Positions 1 to 12,030 of a stretch of DNA of 64,000 nt are shown piece by piece. Origin of the DNA: Callorhinchus milii (Eukaryota); NCBI RefSeq assembly GCF_018977255.1, contig NW_024704743.1, forward strand, positions 86,120,001-86,184,000. Reading direction: 5' to 3'. The position numbers and the translations under genes were made by a program. The number at the start of each line of letters is the position of its first letter. The stretch's first letter is position 1. Under the pieces are notes generated by a model. It saw only the letters and a program-made list of their open reading frames with translations, did no database searches and had not been told where the DNA came from.

Positions 1-1320
1 TGAACTCATCCCTGCTATCAAATTATCGCGCCATCTCCAACTTTCCTTTCCAAACATCTGGATCGAGTCGTTGCTTCCCAGCTTCGCTCCTTCCTCTCCC
101 CCCCCCTCCAATCAGGTTTCCATGCCGCCCACAGCACAGAAACAGCTTTGGTCAAAGTGACAAATTACATTTTGTCCATCTGCCTCCTCGTCCTCCTTGA
201 CCTCTCTGCTGCCTTCAATACCATTGACAACTCTATCCTCCGCCGCCTCTCCTCTCACCTTAACCTTCATGATTCTATCCTTGACTGGTTCAGATCCTAC
301 CTCTCACAGCTTCTCCACTTCATTTCCACAAACAGATTCTTCTCTAGCCCCCGCATCGTCTCGTGCGGAGTTCCTCAGGGCTCTGTCCTTGGTCCCCTCC
401 TTTTCAATATCTATATGCTCCCTCTTGGTGACATCATCCGCAAATAGTGGGGTCAATTTGAACATGTATGCAGATGACATCCAACTCTATCTCTCTGCCT
501 CCACCCTCGACTCCAGGATCATTGCTATCCTGACATTGCTATCCTGCTATCCTGGATGAGAGCTAACTTTCTAACGTTGAAGGTCAACAAGACCGATGCC
601 CTCCTGATTGGCTCCCGTCAGCGTCTCCTCATCTCAGGCACTGACAGCGTCACCATCCATAGTTGCACACTCCACTTTACTAAGCCAGTTCGGAAACGGC
701 ATCTTGTTTGACCCTCACCTATCCTTTCTACCCCACATCTGTGCCATATCCCCTCTGCCTTCCCTCACCTCCGCAACATCGCCCGACTCCACCTCTATCT
801 GACACTGCAGGCTGCCGAGAACCTCATACAAGCATTTATAACATCCAGGCTAACTACACAAACTCCCTGCTTGTTGGCCTCCCCAACTCCTCCCTCCATA
901 GGCTCCAGATTATCCAGAACTCTGCAGCCTGTGCCCTCTCCTTCACCAGGCTCTGGGACCCTATCACCCATACCCGATTCCACTGGCTTCCGATCACACA
1001 GAGGATACAGTTCAACATTCTGGTCCTCACCTTCAGAGCCCTCCATGGCCTTGCTCCCCCCTACCTCTGCGACCTTCTAACTCCCTACCAACCTGCTGGC
1101 TCCCTCCGCTCAGCGGGCTCCGGCCTGCTTCACGTCTCCCACTTCGCCCGGCCCACCATTGGTGGGCAGGCCTTTTGCCACTCTGTCCCCACCCTCTGGA
1201 ACTCCGTCCTGCAGTCCCTCTGCCTCCCTTGCCTCCTTCAAAACACATCTCAAGGCCTTCCCTTGGGACGGCCTCTCAACTTGTAAGGCGCTGTACAAAT
1301 GTAATTTTGTTGTTGTTGTT
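1..1320 (+). mobile_element. L2-clade LINE, 3' fragment (decayed RT to 3' tail)
   Basis: Frameshifted ORFs with [31 protein letters not shown] and HWLPITQRIQF motifs; ends ...aaatgtaattttgttgttgttgtt at ~1320. Confidence 0.9.
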
Positions 1321-1352
1321 TCACACCTTTCCTAATAATATATTTCTTGTAG

Positions 1353-1462
1353 GTGCTCGTGAATGATTTTTTCTTGGTGGCTTGCCTCGAGGACTTCATT
1401 GAGAATGCTCGTCTCTTCATCTTTGAGACTTTCTGCCGGATTCATCAATGCATCAGCATCAG
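1353..1462 (+). CDS. eif3e: eIF3 subunit E (INT6), internal coding exon (exon 10 by human numbering)
   Basis: ttcttgtAG|GTG acceptor, CAG|GTATAG donor; 110 nt encoding [36 protein letters not shown], matching recalled vertebrate eIF3e PCI region; phase 2 joins next exon. Confidence 0.97.
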
Positions 1463-1627
1463 GTATAGAAAAAATTACAAAATGTATCTTCCAAGAGTTG
1501 TTTCTATTAGGAAGATGGCAAACAGAGCAATAAAGGCTTATTGAGTTGTTACTGTAATTCTATGGGGAATGAATTTGTATCAGAGTAAATGAAGCCCTTT
1601 TAAATGATCAGTCCAACAGACACTGTT

Positions 1628-1835
1628 ATAATAATCCTTGCATTTCATATAGTACAGTATCTTGTCTTCATCCATGTCTCAAAGCACTTCACAGTATTTT
1701 TACTGTAGTGACTGTGTATTTGTCTAATGTGGCAGTTAATACCTCACAGCAATAGGCCCACAAATACCATTAAGTGAATGACAAAGATTATTCATAGGAT
1801 ACTTCGCCAGGACATCAGGAGAAACTCCCTTCTAT
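1628..1835 (-). mobile_element. Degenerate Deu-type SINE (3' part)
   Basis: Reverse complement of the SINE tail (ataatccttgcatt...aaagcacttcacag) seen in many other copies in the window. Confidence 0.7.
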
Positions 1836-2356
1836 TACTCTGTTTCTGCCATTCATTGGTTATTAGTTCTCTAACTTTATTGAATTCAGGCAAAATTCAA
1901 ATGAATATGTTTTTTTAAATTCCTATATACATCTAAGAATATGACTTGTCGAACATTTGTAAAGTAAAAAGTATGTTTCAACTGTGGAATTTGTTATCCT
2001 AATTGTGAAATAGAATTTGGACAAGGGAGATCAAGGTCTTTGGTCTCTTGTTTATTGTCTTTCTATCCATTCCTGCTGTGTATAGGGTCTAAAATGCTTT
2101 GTAATTTTAATAAGCAATCCAGGTTTCAAAAACTTGCTACAGCGATATATCACTTCTGGGAAACAGCAGTTTTTTCACCAACCTAAGAAGATTGATTGGA
2201 ATGTAATTTCCATAAATTGGCATGATATCATTCCGGTTTAACTCTTTAATGGACCAGTTAGAAATTGCCACATATTAAATCCTAGCATTTGATCAGTCCA
2301 AATTCCTTTTAACCTCCATACACCTCAGGATGCACATACATCTCATTCCTGCCAAC

Positions 2357-2740
2357 AGGTGTCAGCTTGGCTCAGGTGGCAGCAATCTCACCTTTGTGTT
2401 GGAATGTTGTGTGTACAAACCCCACTTTGAAACTTTGAGACTCATAGTTTAGGCTGACAGTTCGGGAGGAATACTGCGTTGTCAGAAGTGCTATCCTTTG
2501 GATGAGATGTTAAAACCAAGGTCCCAGATGAATATTCAGGTGAACATTAAACAATCCATGGCACTATTGTCCTGGCCAAAAATCCCTCAGATAAATTGGT
2601 CATTCACCTCGCTGCTGTTTGTGGGATGTGGCTATGCATAAATTGGCTGCTGTATTCATCTATAAATAGTCACTACACATTACATTAAACCCTGTGGAAA
2701 AACGTTTCAAAAATGTGTTACAATGCTTTATCTAATTCAA
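2357..2740 (+). mobile_element. Older tRNA-derived Deu-domain SINE (SacSINE1/AmnSINE1-like), family B
   Basis: Head gtcagcttggctcag..., body ggatgagatgttaaa...aaattggtcattca...gtttgtgggat...aaattggctgc; homologous to 16940 and 57545. Confidence 0.7.
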
Positions 2741-3404
2741 GTCCCAACTACAGCCTTCCTCTTCTTTTCAAGATTGTGGAACGAGTTGGTTTTCATCGTG
2801 CCATCGGTCATCTTCACCCCCCCCCCCACCCCTCCCCCCCACCCTCCATCCATCTTGGTTCCAACCCCCAGCTCAGGTGCAAACCCTCAAACTGTCCAAT
2901 GGCTTTTGCAATTTGTTGTTGTATATCACATGCAAAAAATATATATCACACAACGGCAAGCCTCCGGCTCATCTGTTTCTGCCCTCTTGCTGAGGATGCA
3001 GAATTCATAATATTTGTTGCCTAGTAGCGCTGAAAGTTAAATTTTGGTGACTGCATTCTAGGTTTATGTTACTATGTAGTTATTCTGATAGGCAATGAAC
3101 AAATGGGTAGAGCAAAATAACTTTTCTAATCTATTGTTTGGTGCGAGTACCAAGGGATGAATGTCATTGCAAACATACATCAACTCACCTCCTGTGAATA
3201 AGTCAAGCTGGAATGCATTCAAAGAATACATTTATAAAACATTCATATTATACTTTAAAGGGGATAAAGTAATTCTTTGCAATAATTAATGCAAAGCAAG
3301 TGTCGCAAGTATCTCTTTAAAGAATGTTTGGAGGAAGGGTTCATAGTGAGTCAAATGTGGTTGTATTTGCTGGGAACATCTGAACTGGAAACATGCACAT
3401 GGAA

Positions 3405-4136
3405 ATCAGTACAGTTTTAAAGGAAGTTCAGGAGCAGAGAGACCTAGGGGTCACATACACAGGTTTTTGAAGGTGGCAGGACAGGCTGATAGAGCTGCTA
3501 AAAAAAAGCATGTGGGATGCTTGGCTTTATAAATAGAGGGATAGAGTACAAAAGCAAGGAAGTTCTACTAAACCATTATAACTTACTGGTTGGGCCTCAG
3601 TTGGAATATTGTGTCCAATTCTGGGCACCACACTTGAAAGGATATCAAGGCCTTGGAGAGGATGCAGAGGAGATTTATCAGAATGGTACCAGGCATGAGG
3701 GACTTTAGTTATGTGGAGAGACGAGAGAAACTGGGATTGTTCTTCTTTGAGCAGAGAAGGTTAAATGGAGATTTAATTGAGGTGTTCAAAATTATGAGGG
3801 GTTTGATAGGGTAGATAGGGAGAAACTGTTTCCACGGGCAGGTGGATCAGTAACCAGAGAACACAGATTCAAGATAATTGGCAAAAGAACCAGAGGGGAG
3901 ATGAGGATTTTTTTTCGCGTAGAGGGTTGTTAAGATCTGGAATGCACTGTCTGAAAGGGTGGTAGAAACAGATTCAATAACAACTTTCAAAAGGGAATTG
4001 GATAAGTATTTGAAAAGGAAAACATTTGCAAGGATATGGGGAAAGAGTGGGGGAATGGGACTGATTGGGTAACTCCCAAAGTGCCGGTACAGGCCAGATG
4101 AGCTGAATGGCCTCCTTTGGTGCTGTAATATTCAAT
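3405..4136 (+). mobile_element. CR1-clade LINE, 3' fragment
   Basis: MLGFINRGIEYKSKEV...LEYCVQFWAP motif followed by CR1-type 3' UTR (gaatggcctcct). Confidence 0.9.
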
Positions 4137-5003
4137 GGAGCCAAAAAGTCAGCCCGTGACAGCAATGGTGATGGATCTTAAACACATCTTGGTTACTTTC
4201 TCACCATCTTCACAGAAGTAATTGCCAAGTGTATGTGGCACAAATTTAATTTTGATCTTGGTCTTTTATGGCTCTGTATTATGGGCACTGAGTGAATGAA
4301 GCCCATTGAATGCTTTTTCCAATTTTCAGATGGTTAGGGTTCTGGGAGGAAGAGGGTCATAGCACCTCCGTGCGGGTAGTGAGTAACTCACTGAACAATG
4401 ATACCACTGAACAATGATACCATTATATGCCAACAAAGCAGTAGTGTTATTTGTTGATTGAACCAAATGTTTTTAAAAGTCCAAACAGTTTGACCAAGAA
4501 CAAAGAATATTTCAGTCACCAGACAAAATGTATCAATTGGTTTGTGGAAATAGTCCTTCATTTCCACCATTTGGTAAAGCACTGCATGTGGACAGACCTC
4601 AGTAAACAAGTTATAGCTGCATTAGCTTTATTAGGTCTATTGTTCTTGAGTTAATGGATATGAAAGATGACAATTATGGTTGATATGCCATTTAATGCAT
4701 CTCAAGTGGGATGTGAAAGCTGCATATGAATAAGAAAAATCTCATTGGATCAATCTCACTTTTCAGTATCTTTCAACCCACTGTGCCTAGGTTACAAGGG
4801 GAAAATTTCCAACTATTCTTCTTTCAAATTGAATGAACTGCTGTTTATCTGGTTGGCTGCATTCGCTGAGGGTATAGAATGGAGGGATTGCATGGAACGC
4901 CATCCCTGACATCTTAGAGGCACATCATTTCCTTAATTTTTCATTTCTGCTTCCTACACCAACAAAACATACCTCAGTTTTCAGGTGTATGCCTACAATG
5001 TTT

Positions 5004-5335
5004 CAACAACAACAAACTACATTTGTAAAGCACCTTTCATGTCAAGAGGACGTCACAATTCGCTGGACAGTCAGAGATCTGCAGCCGAGCTGGTGGTTGG
5101 GATCAGGAGGGGTGGAGGGCAGCGAGGGTAGGGGTAAGAGGGTGACCAAAGGCATGGTCGAAGAGGAGGATCTTGAAGGAGACAAGGGCAAGGGGGAGGG
5201 ACTGGGATGGAGTTCCACATGGTGCGGCAGAGAGGTTTCACATTGAACTATATCAGTTGTTCTAAGGAAACAACAACAACAAAATTATATTTGTATAGCG
5301 CCTTTCACATCGGGAGGACATTCCAAGGCGCTGGT
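5004..5335 (-). mobile_element. Two L2 3'-tail fragments
   Basis: (caa)n followed by ...tttgta.agc.cctttcac.t...gaggac at ~5004 and ~5271, reverse complement of the L2 tail. Confidence 0.75.
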
Positions 5336-5914
5336 CCCAAGAAACTAAATGAAGAAAAATGGAACCAAGGACCTTTAAGACAACAGAAATACAAACATCA
5401 AGATGTTCCAAGCATCAAGAACATCAAATGTTCTGAAGATTTGTCAATTGTAAGGGCCATTAATGAAGCAGTTGGGTAGTAAATCTGCCTTATTACCAAC
5501 AGGCCTGGCACAGTTGGTATCACTTGTCTCTGAATCAGAAGGATGTGCGATCAAGCCCAATTGGGTACATCAGTGTCTTGTTTCATTTCCTTGAGGGTTG
5601 AATATGTACATAATTTTTAATGTAAATTTCAAAATTTAAAAACAATCTTTTTTAGCGTTTTGTTTTCAGTTTCGTAACACATCTATAACAACTGTAGAGG
5701 CAGGTAAAGTCTAAACAAACATTATAAGAGGAGTAAAACTACATTATTTCATGGCTCAGTTGGCTTCCTGCTTCAATTAAATGAAGCCTTAATTGCTTTT
5801 TCAACATTGTGGTTGGCAACCACAATTTGCCACTTGTTCCATGAAGCCAACAAATAGCAATTTCCAGTCTACATGAACAAAATGTTGGTAATACTAAAAC
5901 ACCAATCTCCTCCT

Positions 5915-6113
5915 GTAATCTCCGCCTCGCATCCTTCAAGTCCCGCCTCAAGACTCTCCTCTTCGACCATGCCATCGGCCACCCCCCTTCCCCTCCCCTC
6001 CCTTCCCCCCCAACCCCAGCTCGGGTCTGAAATGCTATACTCTGTCCAGTGCTTTGGGAAGGCCTCCCGACGTAAAAGGCGCTACACAAGTGAAATCTTG
6101 TTGTGGTTGTTGT
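5915..6113 (+). mobile_element. L2 3'-tail fragment
   Basis: ccttcaagtcccgcctcaagac...aaaggcgctacacaagtg...ttgttg. Confidence 0.8.
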
Positions 6114-6434
6114 AATGTTTCATTTGACTGTGTACCTTTTACTGATGGGAGAAAAGTTACCTCTGAAATTTAGAAAATGGTAAATCTAGTTTATTTTGAC
6201 AAAATGGCAATTGTGTTTGGAGTGATTGACAACCATGTGTGGAGAAAAATTAAACTGCACCACTCCAGGAATTGCACTCCTGTAGCCTTACAGCTTCCGC
6301 TCTCACTGTATATGTACTCGGAAAGCTGGCCAGCATTTTGAAATTAAAAAGGGGCGAGTTCTGGATTATCAGTTCATGTTGATTGCTGTGCATGGGCACA
6401 ACGTACATAAAGTGGCATCTGTGGGGGAACTGAT

Positions 6435-6960
6435 GGACTCCCAACTCTTCCCTCCACAAGCTGCAGATCATCCAGAACTCTGCAGCTTGTATCCTCTCCC
6501 ACACCAGGTTCCGTGACTCTTTTCACTCCAACCCTTTCCCAGTTCCACTGGCTCCCCATCCCACAGAAGATAAGAGTTCAAAATACTCATCCTCGTCCTC
6601 AGAACCCTCCATGGTCTTGCTGCAGACTACCTCTGACCTGCTAACCCCATATTATCCTGTCCGCTCCCTCTGCTCAGTGAGCTCCGGCCTGCTCCATGTC
6701 TCCCATCAGGCCCGCCCCACCATCAGCTGTCGGGCCTTCAGCCTCTCTGCCCCCACCCTCTGGAACTCCATCCTGCAGTCCCTTCATCTCTTTTAAGGCC
6801 CATCTCAAGAGCCTCCACTTTGACTGCGCCTTTGGTCACCTTCCTGCCCTATATCCCTCCTGATCCCAACCCCAGCTTGGGTCGAAATCCCGAACTGTCC
6901 AGAGCCTAGGGACGTCCTCCCGACGTGAAAGGTGCTAGAAGTGATGTAATTTGTTGTCGT
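6435..6960 (+). mobile_element. L2 LINE 3' fragment
   Basis: LHKLQIIQNSAA and HWLPI coding remnants plus tail gggacgtcctcccgacgtgaaagg. Confidence 0.85.
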
Positions 6961-8039
6961 TTTTGGAACTCAACCAATTTTTTGTAACATGCTTTTTAAA
7001 CATAATTTGATAAGTAAATATCGGTGCACAGCAAACTGCTTATCCAGCTAGGACCACTGTACCGATTAGGCTTTGGCATGCAGGGTTAACAGTAATGAGT
7101 GGGACGCGTCCATGGCCCCAGTGACTGGTCTGCCCTTCCAGTGTCCAGCTGATGAGCCAGGCTGGCAATGCTGTCATCAGCAGTGCCCTGTAGTACAGCA
7201 GACCCGCCTAGCCTTCTAGGTGGTCATCCTTGAATTCACTTTAGTTTTAATTTGTGATGTAACCTTGCAATCTTTTATTGGTGAAATGGGAAGTGAAGTA
7301 CTAAATACCTTTGTTTTTAAATAAAAACTTACAAGAAATCTGCATTTTTTAAAATCGGGCTTAATGCAATTTTTTTAAGAAAGGAACAGCACTTGTATTC
7401 ATGCTGTGCATTATATTAATTACTGTCAGCTTGTTACCATTATCAGTGGGAGTTGCAGTCCCCCGATGGATGTAGAAGGCCTCTGCTGGTTCATATTAAC
7501 TTGGAATGACAAAATAAATCAGTTAGAAGACGAAATAGCTGATCAAATTCTGTCTTTAATGAGGTCCTTTAACCACTAGTTTAGCCATCTGTGGTTCATT
7601 CTTCTAAAGTGGAAACCAGCCTTAAGCAGAAACACTTGACATCTGAAATGTTACAAGTTTCTCAACGCTCAGAATTAATAGCATCCTGCTTATTGAGATA
7701 TGCAGTTGCTACATTTTGCAGCTAGGAGACAATTTCAGTTACTTTTGGCTGCAATATCACTTCTTAGTCTTTTTAGCTATTTTTACAAGTGAAGTAAACA
7801 TTTTGTAAATTTATAACTAAAATGTAATCTGTCACATTAAAGCTAGTTCTCTTCCATTTCTGGTGAAATTTCATTTACTTAGCTAAACATTTAATGAATG
7901 TGAAAAATCATTCGTAAGCAGTTATGAGAGCTGGTACAGGACTCCAAGACACTGTCAAAACAGTCTCTTCAACCAGCCTGCCTGGCTCATTGTCGGGACT
8001 TGGAGGGTCAGAGAGCAGGGATTCTTCAATGATGCTGCC

Positions 8040-8285
8040 AAATAAAATTGGTCATTCATTTCATGGTTGGTTCTGGGACACTGCAGTGTGCACTTAGCGT
8101 GCTGCGTTTGCCTACAAATAGTTGCTCCACTTCACAGTAAAATCCTGTGAGCACTTCGGGCTGTCCTCCTGACATGAAAGGCGCTATACCAAATGCAAGG
8201 GTTATTATTATATCCTGTGAGGTGCTGTGATACATCCTCCTGAAATGAAAGGCCCTATATCAAATGCAAGAATTGTTTATTAATA
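8040..8285 (+). mobile_element. Deu-type SINE 3' part with duplicated tail
   Basis: aaattggtcattca...tcctcctgacatgaaaggcgctata..aaatgcaag, with the terminal ~70 nt present twice. Confidence 0.75.
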
Positions 8286-10570
8286 TCTTAAATATAATAC
8301 CCATTTTCATCTGGAAAAGCTACACATAAAAATTTTAAGAGTAATAAAAAACAAAATGATATTGTGGATTTATGCTGGCCATCTTTTTATTCCAGTCTCT
8401 ACATTGCAGGAATAAAGTTAAGATATTAGTGACAGTTATGTAATTTAATTGAGTCATTGTATGAGTTTTCCATTTCTATGCCATTTAATTTGCCTCTTTC
8501 CCATCCTGACATTAGTTAGGCACTTCATGCTGCACAGTTTCAGCATTTGCACACCCATTCTGTGGGGTAAAGCATTCTCTTGCTTCATCAGCCTAAACAA
8601 TGCTGGAATTACGTTGATTCTGATTTGAGAAAAGGACAAAGAAATCACAAGAGATTCTATTTTAAAACTGTAATATTGAAAGCTGTAGTGGGACTCGGTC
8701 CCTTCTGTACCATATGTAACTACAGCACCATTTGTGTCTATCCAATAGAGGAAGTTGGAAAAATGAGCATAATAGTTTTCAACGGACTCAATTTGTGGCA
8801 CTCCTGCCTTTTGGTTGAAAGGTTGTGGGTTACAGCAACAGCCATTTGAGCACTGCATTGTGAAGGAGCTATCTTTCATATAAAACATTAAACTAAATAT
8901 AAATATGTAATTTATTTCACTTATTGGATTGTTTTAATTTTTTTGAATAGAAGTAGGAGCTCAGGAGAGAGGAAGAACACAGGTCACATCACTAATTCAA
9001 AATGTTTTAAAGGATTGTGTGTTTTTATTTCTCCTTCCACACTTTTCCATCCCTTGCCAATTATGAATCTGAGCTGATTTATACAATATATGAAGGATAC
9101 GTATTCAGATAATGTACACTCATCAACATATTTATCGTATTGAAATGTATCAAAGTACCTTACAGATAATTGCAGTCAAGTGCAGTAAATTATTTTTATG
9201 GGGTGGGGGGAAACTATTCCTTACTTCCTCCCACATACTCTTCTATTCTGCTCTCCCTCATATAAAGATCTAACGTCCTTTCGAATTCCTTAAAAAGAAG
9301 TAAAGTCATACATTGAGGAGAAGTATCTCATCTCTGAGCACTATTTTCCATTATTTGTTCAGAGCTGATTTGAAGTTCTAACTCTGAATCAGTTGCTTTT
9401 AGAGGGAAAGAAGAAGACAACTTAGTTTTGATTCTAAAATTAAATACAATTCTCCGTCATTGTGTTGAGGTTTGTTTTGTGACATTTGACTGACTTATTA
9501 AGAAAATAGTTCTAATCCCCTGCAGCTTTTTCCCCACTTTCCTAACCACACATGTGGCACAGTAAATATTTAACATTTAAACAGGCTAAGTGATATTGCT
9601 AACTTTAAAAAGCCACACAAAGAATTGTATGTGACTATGCACTGACTGTATAGTGCCTTTGAAGGTCAGCTAGGAAAGGAAGTACAGTCAAAACTGTGTC
9701 ATAGGAACTTTCTTAGTTACATGATTTACATTTACTGAGAGCAGTTTATTAAAATTGGTCCAAAACGATTGGCGTAGAGGTACGATAAAGCTTTGTGTCG
9801 TAGTCTCCATGTGATTCAGGCAGTTTTGAAAAGGTCACAGTTTGGGCTGTTCTGGGGATTAAGTGTGGCCTTTTTGGGGCAGTTGGGGAGTTGAAAAGGG
9901 CAAGATCGTATATTTTTAATCTCCCTTGCCTTTTTTTAAAAAAAAATAAACTTTTAACTTCCTAGTTTTGCTTGTCCGAAGCAACTTTAGGTTCTCCTGG
10001 TTTTAAATCTGTAATTGTATTAAATATTTCTTAATTAAAGTCAGAGAGGTTGGTGGAGAAATGGAAATGAATCTGGATGTGATGTTCCTTCGAACCATCT
10101 TAAAGTCTGATTTAATTAAGATTACTGCTGAGAATGTTTGATTCTGGTGGCCATGCCAACCGATAAGTAGTAATTCACGTGCATTGCCTACATAGACATG
10201 TCTGTTTTTCGCATGTCGGAATGAGAATTTTATTTTATTTTTATTGTGTTCTCCTCATCGCATTTAGACCATCCTGTATGTTTCCTAACTTGACGTTTGG
10301 TACAGTGAAGATCTGGTACTCTTCTAGTGTGTTGATGTCTCTGTCTTTTTGTTTGATTGATGCCTTTTTGTAACATCAATCTTTTAATCCTTACCCTCCC
10401 CAATCCCTCATAGAAAATCTTTAAACGACAATCTTGCAATATGTATAATAGCACATTTTTGCAAGTTATTTGTCATGTACAGTTAAATGTCAAACTTTGT
10501 TTAAGTAAACAAACATGAACCCAATGCAGCTAATTTGTTTCAATTGAATAATCATTTTTATACAGCTTTT

Positions 10571-12030
10571 CATAGAATCATAGAGTCGTACAGTACAAAA
10601 CGAGGCCATTTGGCCCAACGAATCTGTGCCGACTCTTTGAAAAGAGCAACGTAATGTCACTTCCACTCCGCAGCCCTTTCCCCATAAATAACCCTGCAGA
10701 CGCATCCTCCTCAAATACCCGTCCACCGTGTTTTTAAAAGTAGTTATCGAATCGGCCTCAACCACCCTTTCAGGCAACTGACTGTGTGAAAAAATTTCTT
10801 CTCACCTCCCCTCTGGATACTATTTTGAATCTGTGACCTCGGGTCACCGACACACCCACCAGTGGAAACAGTTTTTCCCTTTCTAACCTATTAAATCCCC
10901 TCATGATTTTGAAGACCTCTATTAGGTCTCCTCGTAACCTTCTCTGCTCCAATGAGAATAATCCCAGCCTCTCTAGCCTTTCCTCATAATCAAGGTCCCT
11001 CATTCCTGGTATCATCCTCGTAAATCTTCTCTGCACCCTTTCCAATGCCTTAACATCCTTCCTGTAGTCTGGTGCCCAGAACTGGGCGCAATATTCTAAC
11101 TGAGACCTAACCAGTGTTTTATATAGGTTAGTCATAACCCCCTGACTCTTGTACTCTATGCCCCTATTTATAAAGCCTAGTATCCCATATGCCCTTTTTA
11201 CAGCTCTATCTACCTGTCCTGCCACCTTCAAGGATTCATTTACCTGCACCCCCAGGTCTCTCTGGTTTTTCACCCCCTTTAGGATTGTATTACCAGCCTA
11301 TATTGCCTCCCCTTATTCTTTCTACCAAAATGCATTACCTCTCATTTCTCCACATTGAAATTCATCTGCCATGTGTCTGCCCATTTTACCATTCTGTCTT
11401 CCTGCATTTGGCTACTATTCTTCTCACTGTTTACCACCCTACCTAACTTTGTGTCGTCTGCAAACTTGGAAATGGTACTTGCTATACCCAAGTCCAGATC
11501 ATTTATGTATATTAAGAAGAGCAGTGGTCCTAATACCGATCCCTGGAGGACGCCACTGTACTCTTCCCTCCAGTCAGAGAAGCAGCCGTTCACTACAACT
11601 CTCTGCTTTCTGTCTCCCAGCCAGTTCTGGATCCATGCTGCCACTGTCCCTTTTATACTATGGGCTTCTATCTTTCTTACAAGTCTTTCATGTGGCACTT
11701 TGTCAAATGCCTTTTGAAAGTCCATATAAACTACATCAACTGCACTACCTTTATCCACCCTCTCCGTTACGTCATCGAAAAATTCTATTAGATTTGTTAG
11801 GCAAGATTTGCCTTTAACAAATCCGTGCTTGCTGTCCCTAATTAACCCATAGTCTTCTAAGTGAAGATTTATTCTGTCCTGGATTATCGTCTCCAGGAGT
11901 TTCCCCACTACTGATGTTAGGCTGACTGGCCTGTAGTTCCCAGGTTTGTCCTTCTGCCCCTTTTTGTACAGGGGAGTCACATTGGCCATCCTCCAGTCCT
12001 CTGGCACCACCCCTGGAAGATTGAAAAATT
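10571..12030 (-). mobile_element. CR1 LINE, 5'-truncated (RT to 3' tail), relatively young
   Basis: ORFs 11342..12010 ([34 protein letters not shown]) and 10770..11273; tail catagaatcatag = rc of (ctatgatt)n; closely similar to 44720-46188. Confidence 0.95.

Noticed and set aside
1353..1544. ORF-track extensions beyond the eif3e exons (also 19900..20097, 26752..27018, 38760..38942)
   Set aside because: Similarity to eIF3e stops at canonical splice sites; the extensions are intron read-through, and 38760..38942 is the wrong frame
4390..4421. 16-bp tandem duplication actgaacaatgatacc x2 (similar small duplications near 12591 and 57752)
   Set aside because: Ordinary slippage duplications, with no array or spacer structure
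7145..7185. Second hammerhead-like motif CTGATGA-gccag-g-ctggc in a GC-rich patch
   Set aside because: No GAAA box after the stem and no convincing helix I
8454..8888. 144-aa minus-strand ORF and other 60-140 aa ORFs in non-repeat DNA (e.g. 22695, 48316, 53794)
   Set aside because: No recognisable domain, composition typical of random AT-rich DNA, and no supporting splice structure
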